A stretch of 32,000 nucleotides of DNA from positions 3,600,001-3,632,000 of the forward strand of contig NZ_RSDW01000001.1 in the NCBI RefSeq assembly GCF_003945235.1. The letters are read 5' to 3'. The DNA is from Edaphobacter aggregans (GTDB lineage Bacteria > Acidobacteriota > Terriglobia > Terriglobales > Acidobacteriaceae). The notes under the pieces are model-generated. The model did no database searches. It worked only from the letters and a program-made list of their open reading frames with translations, and had not been told where the DNA came from. Made by a program: the position numbers and the translations under genes. Position 1 is the stretch's first letter. Every line of letters begins with the position of its first letter. Shown here one piece after another: positions 26,609 through 32,000 of the stretch.

Positions 26609-28426
26609 ATGCAGGTTCTAGCAGTTTGTTGTATGGGATCGTTTGGCTCTGCGTGCATGGGCCAGTTGCATGTCCTGGTGGATCATGTTGGATATGAGAC
26701 GCGCGCGCCCAAGCAGGCGCTTGTGGTTGGCGCGGACTGGGATCATCCTCAAAAGTTCGTGCTGATTGATACGGTGACGGGCAAGACAGTGTTGACAGGA
26801 ACTCTGACTCAAGGCGGCCAGGTGGATTCGTGGGGTGGGCGTGTCTTCTGGATCGCTGATTTTTCTTCGTGGCAAAAGGCTGGTCACTATGCGATTCAGA
26901 CGCAATCAGCTGCGGGCGAAGTAAGTTCGTGTTCGTTCGATATTGATGATGATCTTTTGGAACGTAATACGCTTTCGAATGTGGTCTTTTACTTAAAAGG
27001 ACAACGAGCTAGCGGGCTGATGGATCAAGCGGACCGTCATCTTCCGTTGCCTGCGGGCCAGTCAGGCTTTGTGGATGTGCACGGTGGCTGGTATGACGCT
27101 ACAGGCGACTACGGGATTCACTTGTCGCATCAGAATTTGACGTCCTATTTCAATCCTCAGCAGGTACCGCTTGTGGCGTGGACGCTGTTGAAGAGTTATC
27201 GCGTGCTTGAGGCGAGGCGCGATGACAACTTCAGTGAGTATGAGCGGCGCATGCTGGATGAGGGTCTATTTGGCGCTGACTATCTGGTGCGCATCAAACG
27301 GCCCCATGGCTCGTTCTTCGAAAGCATTACGGCGCCTGGGAAGGATAAGTTGCCGCAAGATCGAGCGATTGGTAATCCGAACTGGCGCACTCAGATCAAG
27401 AAAGATGCCTCGGATAGCACCGAGCGTATGCAGCGTGCTGAAAGGCCCGAGGACTTTGAGGCGAGCTTTCGTGCTGGTGGAGGTATGGCTATCGCCGCGC
27501 TGGCATTGGCCAGTACTATGCCTGCCGACGGGGACTTTACTCGCGCTGACTATCGGCGTGCTGCCGAAGAGGCGTTTCAGTTTCTAGATAAGCACAATCG
27601 CGAACTGTTGAACGATGGGAAGGAAAATATCCTCGACGACTACTGCGCGCTGATGGCGGCTACGGAGCTGTATCGCGCAACGAAGCAGGAGACTTACCGG
27701 GCTGCTGCAGATCGACGCGCTGCCCATCTGATGGCTCGGCTTACGACCATTGAAGGACGTCGTGACTCCTGGCGTGCGGACGACGGGGTGCGACCCTACT
27801 TTCATCCCTCGGATGCGGGCTTACCAGTTGTCAGTTTGCTTGAATATGCGCAGATCGCTACTTCGGCGGTGCAAAAACAAGTGCACGACGCGGTGGAGCG
27901 GTCGCTGCGTTTCGAGCTTGGTGTAACAGGCGAGGTCAACAATCCGTTCGGATACGCGCGGCAGTTGGTGAGAATGGGAGATGGTAAGGTTCGCACTGCA
28001 TTCTTCTTTCCTCACGATACGGAAGCGGCTCCGTGGTGGCAGGGTGAGAACGCTCGGCTAGCTTCGCTCGCCGCTGCGGCTCGGATGGCTACGCCGCTCT
28101 TTGATAAGGACCCTGCGTTTCAGTTGCAGCTCGAAGGGTATGCCTGGAACCAGTTGCACTGGATCCTGGGACGGAATCCTTTTGACACGAGCATGCTGAT
28201 GGGAAGCGGTCACGGGAATGCGCCGTACATGTTCTTCCGTTCGTATAAGTACACGAGCGCTCCGGGAGCCATTGTCAACGGCATTACTGCCGCCAACGGT
28301 GATGAAGACGGCATCGCTTTCAACGAAGGATATGCTGTGACCGGCAAGGATGAAGACTGGCGCTGGACGGAAGAGTGGCTGCCACATGCAGCCTGGTATC
28401 TGTACGCTGTCAGCCTTCCGCACTGA
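26609..28426 (+). CDS. divergent glycoside hydrolase family 9-like protein (Ig-like N-domain plus (alpha/alpha)6 domain)
   Basis: The N-terminal CelD_N-like segment reads VDHVGYETRAPKQALV...DFSSWQKAGHYAI. GH9-like blocks are GGWYDATGDYG (canonical GGWxDAGD with one inserted residue), ILGRNPFDTSMLMGSGHGNAP and a C-terminal W.WTEEW. The canonical PHHR is replaced by MFFR. No convincing signal peptide. Confidence 0.6.
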   Translation: MQVLAVCCMGSFGSACMGQLHVLVDHVGYETRAPKQALVVGADWDHPQKFVLIDTVTGKTVLTGTLTQGGQVDSWGGRVFWIADFSSWQKAGHYAIQTQSAAGEVSSCSFDIDDDLLERNTLSNVVFYLKGQRASGLMDQADRHLPLPAGQSGFVDVHGGWYDATGDYGIHLSHQNLTSYFNPQQVPLVAWTLLKSYRVLEARRDDNFSEYERRMLDEGLFGADYLVRIKRPHGSFFESITAPGKDKLPQDRAIGNPNWRTQIKKDASDSTERMQRAERPEDFEASFRAGGGMAIAALALASTMPADGDFTRADYRRAAEEAFQFLDKHNRELLNDGKENILDDYCALMAATELYRATKQETYRAAADRRAAHLMARLTTIEGRRDSWRADDGVRPYFHPSDAGLPVVSLLEYAQIATSAVQKQVHDAVERSLRFELGVTGEVNNPFGYARQLVRMGDGKVRTAFFFPHDTEAAPWWQGENARLASLAAAARMATPLFDKDPAFQLQLEGYAWNQLHWILGRNPFDTSMLMGSGHGNAPYMFFRSYKYTSAPGAIVNGITAANGDEDGIAFNEGYAVTGKDEDWRWTEEWLPHAAWYLYAVSLPH

Positions 28427-28447
28427 GCACCTAGATGAGACTTGCTT

Positions 28448-28969
28448 TTACAACAGGTAGAAGCTGAATTGATCGACGTTGGGTGGTCGAACTCCGAGAG
28501 TTCGCAACATGCTTATCACCTGGCCTCGGTGGAGCGTGGAGTGGTTCACCAAATGGGCTACGATCATTGAATAGGAGAGGCGCAACTCCTCTCCATCAGG
28601 CTTGAGGCAGGAAAGTTCGGTAGAGATGTCGGGTTCCTGCAAGTCTTCGAGCCATCGATGGAGACTGTGCCAGACTTCGGGCCACTTTTGTTTGAGGCTG
28701 TTCAAGTCAGGCTCAGGTGGCGGATCTTCGAACAGGCGCTGATCACCAACTTCGATCAGCGGTGGGAGTTTGCTTGCGAGGAGGCGATTTCTCCAGACAC
28801 GCTCGGCGTAGAAGATGTGGCGAAGGGTTTCGAGGATGCTTCGATGAGAGGCGCCGAGGTCGCGGCTTAACTCGTCTGTGGTGAGGTTAGAGCAGGCTTC
28901 AAGGAGTTGCTGGTCGGCCCATGCTGAATAATCGATGTCATTGAGTAGGAGTTCTCTGGTCGTCGCCAT
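28448..28969 (-). CDS. DinB-family (DinB/YfiT-like four-helix bundle) protein
   Basis: Contains ...SILETLRHIFYAERVW... and the C-terminal HLVNHSTLHRGQVISMLRTLG motif typical of the DinB superfamily. ATG 28969 gives the usual ~173 aa, and the upstream extension to 29131 has no support. Confidence 0.75.
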   Translation of the reverse strand: MATTRELLLNDIDYSAWADQQLLEACSNLTTDELSRDLGASHRSILETLRHIFYAERVWRNRLLASKLPPLIEVGDQRLFEDPPPEPDLNSLKQKWPEVWHSLHRWLEDLQEPDISTELSCLKPDGEELRLSYSMIVAHLVNHSTLHRGQVISMLRTLGVRPPNVDQFSFYLL

Positions 28970-29227
28970 GGTGACGAGTATAGAGAAGAGGGTAGGATTT
29001 ATCTGCACGTCCAGGCATTGACCGGGAGAGCGTAAGCTGTGTATATCTCGTTGTTCCTGTACTCGGTTGTGCGGATCCACTTTCTTCTCGAATTCAAGGC
29101 GCTCTCGAAACAAGATACGAAGAACTTTCACGACAGAAGGTCACTCAAACATGAGTCAGGAGAATGCAGGGATGAAGCTTGTTTGTTCCTTTGGGTTGCT
29201 TCGCGTAAGCGCCAGGAGATATAAGCC

Positions 29228-30145
29228 ATGGACCTGGTGACAATTTCTCGGGAATCGCTGAGTGGAGTGGTGTCCGACGCTCAGGCTCGGAGTTGGTGTG
29301 CGCAACTGGAAGCTGGCGGGATTCTCTACTTTCCGGAGACGCCGGTCCCAATTCGCCACGAGGACATCGCGTTTCTCCTCGGGCAACAGCAGACGGATAG
29401 TTCTCTGCACAAAAATATTGCGTATAAACCTAACGTCGACAAGTTGAGCGGCGTGGATACGAAGACAGCCGATGCAGCTGCAGTGGCCCGGCTACAGTCG
29501 ATTATGCGGCAGTATTCCAAGAGCGTTGTGGCATTCCTGACTGGGTTTCTGTCGCCGTATCAGGGGAAGTGGGAGTTGGATTACGCGAGCTTTCGTCCGC
29601 AGGAGGAACAAGGACGTGATCTGCCTTTGCGGAAGCGAAACGACCTTCTGCATACAGACGCGTTTCCGACACGGCCTACGCACGGTGCACGGATTTTGCG
29701 CTTCTTTAACAATATTCATCCCAGCCGCACGCGGGACTGGGTGGTGGGGGATCCCTTTGCGACGATCGTGCGGCAGTTCACACCGGCGGAGATCGCTCCT
29801 TCGCCCGATAGTGGGTTAGGTCGGGTGGCTAAGGGATTGGGACGGGCGGTTGGTTTGGGCGCGGCGCTGCCTTCGATCAAGCGGTCGCCGTATGACGACT
29901 TCATGATGCGGTTCCATAACTTCCTGAAGGAGAATGAGCGCTTTCAGGCGGAGTGTGCGAAGTATGCGTGGCAGTTTCCGGCGGGGTCGAGCTGGATGGT
30001 GTATACCGATGCGGTTCCGCATGCGGTGCTGGCAGGTCAGTATGCGCTCGAGCAGACGCTGCTGGTGAAGCCGGAGGCGCTGGTGGCTCCGGAGACTTCT
30101 CCACTGAAGGTGCTGGAAGGGATTGCTGGGACTGCGTTGGTTTAG
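29228..30145 (+). CDS. Kdo hydroxylase-like Fe(II)/2-oxoglutarate dioxygenase (KdoO family)
   Basis: 305-aa ORF with an AGGAGA SD 8 nt upstream. LEAGGILYFPETP, KNIAYKP, SFRPQEEQGR and LLHTDAFPTRPTHGARILRFFNNIHP (an HxD metal motif) match my recollection of the Kdo_hydroxy family. The distal His block DAVPHAVLAGQYALEQT matches as well. Not verifiable without an HMM search. Confidence 0.6.
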   Translation: MDLVTISRESLSGVVSDAQARSWCAQLEAGGILYFPETPVPIRHEDIAFLLGQQQTDSSLHKNIAYKPNVDKLSGVDTKTADAAAVARLQSIMRQYSKSVVAFLTGFLSPYQGKWELDYASFRPQEEQGRDLPLRKRNDLLHTDAFPTRPTHGARILRFFNNIHPSRTRDWVVGDPFATIVRQFTPAEIAPSPDSGLGRVAKGLGRAVGLGAALPSIKRSPYDDFMMRFHNFLKENERFQAECAKYAWQFPAGSSWMVYTDAVPHAVLAGQYALEQTLLVKPEALVAPETSPLKVLEGIAGTALV

Positions 30146-30148
30146 GCC

Positions 30149-30373
30149 CTAGCTGTCTTTGCGGTAGAGGAGATTGCGCATCGCTTGCCGGCGGGCTTCG
30201 TTCGCTTCCTTCGTGGTCTTGCGTTCTTCGGCGTCCATGTGCTGCTTGGTTGCGAGATCCTCGGCTGCTTCGGGGAGACTGCATTCGGGACAACGATTGG
30301 CGAATCCGGGCTTGTCGGGCTTCAGCTCAAACTCTTCAGAACAGATGACGCAGACTTTGATCGGGAAAGGCAT
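30149..30373 (-). CDS. small zinc-ribbon protein (CxxC...CxxC) with a basic/acidic helical tail
   Basis: 74-aa ORF reading VCVICSEEF...NRCPECS. It converges on the Kdo hydroxylase-like gene with a 3-nt gap. No family was recognised. Confidence 0.5.
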   Translation of the reverse strand: MPFPIKVCVICSEEFELKPDKPGFANRCPECSLPEAAEDLATKQHMDAEERKTTKEANEARRQAMRNLLYRKDS

Positions 30374-30429
30374 TTCGACTCCGTGATTAGTACATCATGT
30401 CTGGGCTCTCTGTTTCAAAATGCCACCTC

Positions 30430-30488
30430 TGCCCCTCCCCGGCAAAAGTACACAAAGTCTTCCAAACACGAGAGTTAAGTCTGGGCCT
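30430..30488 (+). repeat. 'C-run' repeat family, copy C4 (C-rich sense on the plus strand)
   Basis: Reads TGCCCCTCCCCGGCAAAAGTACACAAAGTCTTCCAAACACGAGAGTTAAGTCTGGGCC. Its reverse complement matches C1 closely in the block AAGACTTTG-(T/G)(G/A)TACTTT-GCCGGGG(A/T)GGGG. TGCC/GGCA brackets the C-run. Confidence 0.6.
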
Positions 30489-30620
30489 TGATCTGGCGTA
30501 TGGCACAGACAAAAACAGCCCGGCGGGTGCCGGACTCTCTTTCCTACTTGAGTTAAGGATATCAGTGGCGTCAATACCGGGTTGTGGATATTGTTGTCGG
30601 CGAGAGCCAAAGGAGGCGGT

Positions 30621-31007
30621 ATGAGGGCGATATGGAGGCGGGTTGGGGTTGGGGCGGGCTTTCTGGTGTGCAGCGCTCTGGCGGGGGCGAGCGATCTGAC
30701 AATTCATTTGAGTGGGTCGCAACCTATTACTCGAAATACGGCGAAGTATCAGTGCGATGCGCAGGGTGCGAAGATGGGACTTCCTGCGGAAATTTTTTCG
30801 GTTGAGTACATCAATGGGGCGGGAAATAGTCTTGCTGTCGTTCCTGTGGGCGGAAATTCTCTGATCTTTGCGAATGTTGTTTCGGGTTCGGGGGCACGGT
30901 ATGCTGCGGGGCAGTACATCTGGTGGGATGCGGGTGGGCGCGGGACTACTTTTTCATCGGGCTCGATAGCGGGGAAGATGTCGTCGGCGTGCCATCGGGT
31001 TCAGTGA
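30621..31007 (+). CDS. MliC-family protein (membrane-bound lysozyme inhibitor of C-type lysozyme-like)
   Basis: An AGGAGG SD lies 4 nt upstream of ATG 30621, and a signal peptide is present (MRAIWRRVGVGAGFLVCSALAGA). MliC-like pattern: YQCD...FSVEYING..NSLAVVPV.GNSLIFANVVSGSGARYAAGQYIWWDAGG. Confidence 0.65.
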   Translation: MRAIWRRVGVGAGFLVCSALAGASDLTIHLSGSQPITRNTAKYQCDAQGAKMGLPAEIFSVEYINGAGNSLAVVPVGGNSLIFANVVSGSGARYAAGQYIWWDAGGRGTTFSSGSIAGKMSSACHRVQ

Positions 31008-31041
31008 AGAAGACGGTTAGCGCGCAGTTCTGGAGATTGGT

Positions 31042-31821
31042 ATGCACGAGCGGAAACGACGCAGTCGCCCAAAGCCGTGGACGGAACACTGTCTCGAAGT
31101 CCGGGGCCCACGTTGGATGATGCTGTTTCATCGATTGGAATGGTGGTTTTCATGGATGGCCTGGGCGCTTGGGAACTGGGCTTTTCTCGATGTGCTGGAG
31201 CATCTTGGAACGTTCTCGGTATTGATTGCTGTGATTTTCTATTTTGCAGACAGTGGCAACCGCAGAAAACAGAAGCACTACCAGGCGTGGCAGGTCATTA
31301 ATACCGCACAAGGAAAGGGCGGCAGCGGTGGCCGGATTGAAGCGCTGCAGGAGCTCAACGCTGACCGTGTCTCGCTGATTGGAATTGAGGCGAGCGGAGC
31401 GTTTCTTCAAGGGCTATCGCTTCGAGGAGCTGATCTCAGTCGCTGCGATTTTCATGCATCTGACCTGAGAAATAGCGATTTTGCGAACTCGAGGCTCAAC
31501 TTCTGCGGTCTGAAGGATGCCAACTTTCGCAGTGCGAACCTGACAGGTGCAGCGATGGAGGATGTCGACATGGGGGGTGCCGATTTAAGTGGAGCCAATA
31601 TGGGCGGTGCTGATTTATCGAGGGCCGACCTCAGTCGCGCTGACCTCAGAAATGCCGACCTGAAAAACATCGTGTGGAAGGAGATCGGTTCCATGCGCCT
31701 GGCTAATGTTGCCGGGGTTCGAAATGCCTCGCCTGAATTTATGAAGTTTGCTGCCAAGGAGGGAGCCGTCATCCTCGATTCTGATGAGGAGTGGGATACT
31801 TTGCTCCGAAAAGAGCAGTAG
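31042..31821 (+). CDS. membrane-anchored pentapeptide-repeat protein
   Basis: Two N-terminal hydrophobic helices are followed by KHYQAWQVINTAQGKGGSGGRIEALQELN. Then come more than 15 pentapeptide units (ADLSRCDFHASDLRNSDFANSRLNF...GADLSGANMGGADLSRADLSRADLRNADLKN). A GGAGA SD lies upstream of ATG 31042. Confidence 0.85.
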   Translation: MHERKRRSRPKPWTEHCLEVRGPRWMMLFHRLEWWFSWMAWALGNWAFLDVLEHLGTFSVLIAVIFYFADSGNRRKQKHYQAWQVINTAQGKGGSGGRIEALQELNADRVSLIGIEASGAFLQGLSLRGADLSRCDFHASDLRNSDFANSRLNFCGLKDANFRSANLTGAAMEDVDMGGADLSGANMGGADLSRADLSRADLRNADLKNIVWKEIGSMRLANVAGVRNASPEFMKFAAKEGAVILDSDEEWDTLLRKEQ

Positions 31822-31855
31822 CCACATCGATTTGGCTTGAATTGGCCAATATATA

Positions 31856-31990
31856 TCAGGGGGTGGGGGCAGCTTCGACGCGGACGATCTTGCACTCGAC
31901 CTGTTTGCCCTCGGGGGTCTTGATTTTTGTCTTGTCGCCGTCGATCTGGTAGTTGATCTGGGTGCCTACGACGAAGTCGGTGGCGTTCAT
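31856..31990 (-). CDS. possible small ORF (44 aa), below the ORF-track threshold
   Basis: ATG at 31990 and TGA at 31858-31856, translating to MNATDFVVGTQINYQIDGDKTKIKTPEGKQVECKIVRVEAAPTP. The upstream region is cut by the window edge, so no RBS can be judged. The 3' end coincides with a GGGGGTGGGGG run. Confidence 0.2.
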   Translation of the reverse strand: MNATDFVVGTQINYQIDGDKTKIKTPEGKQVECKIVRVEAAPTP

Positions 31991-32000
31991 GGATTTTCCG

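Noticed and set aside
28970-29131. 54-codon N-terminal extension of the DinB-family ORF
   Set aside because: DinB-family proteins are ~160-180 aa, and the family-like sequence begins at MATTRELL. The extension has no supporting features.
30584-30592. TGTGGATAT, an 8/9 match to a DnaA box (TGTGGATAA)
   Set aside because: It is a single isolated near-match ~10.6 kb from the composition switch. There is no cluster, no AT-rich DUE and no dnaA/dnaN nearby, so it is insufficient for an oriC call.
1-32000. CRISPR arrays, tRNA/rRNA genes, IS elements, integrases, toxin-antitoxin or known defence-system genes
   Set aside because: None was recognised on either strand. The only repeats are the two short non-coding families reported above.

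Overview
GC-rich chromosomal segment with no recognisable transposase, integrase, CRISPR array, tRNA or rRNA. The gene content suggests an Acidobacteriota (Terriglobia-like) genome; this is inference from a very large CarboxypepD_reg-type TonB-dependent receptor, an exosortase locus and 'GTCATCC...GACCTGC' intergenic repeats. Left to right: (1) an oxidative pentose-phosphate operon, gnd(partial)-zwf-pgl-glk, with a multi-hairpin repeat after each of zwf, pgl and glk; (2) a phosphoribosyltransferase, a secreted M1 aminopeptidase and an MFS transporter; (3) an exosortase cassette: a ~66-aa signal-peptide/PExPT-type C-terminal sorting-signal protein, a 551-aa exosortase with a fused C-terminal EpsI-like domain, then an NHL-repeat lipoprotein and a 1281-aa TonB-dependent receptor-like barrel; (4) a 0.5-kb convergent intergenic region with two intrinsic terminators and tandem copies of a ~62-nt repeat; (5) a minus-strand block of unknown 235-aa protein, rlmD-like methyltransferase, comEC and unknown 91-aa protein; (6) a glycan cluster of GH18, an HGSNAT-like membrane acyltransferase and a divergent GH9-like enzyme; (7) DinB-family, Kdo-hydroxylase-like, zinc-ribbon, MliC-like and membrane pentapeptide-repeat proteins. 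Main second-look items: the exosortase paired with a substrate that has almost no passenger; an abrupt reversal of strand composition (G vs C, and codon third bases) in the middle of the intact comEC gene near 19.9 kb; and the two uncharacterised repeat families.
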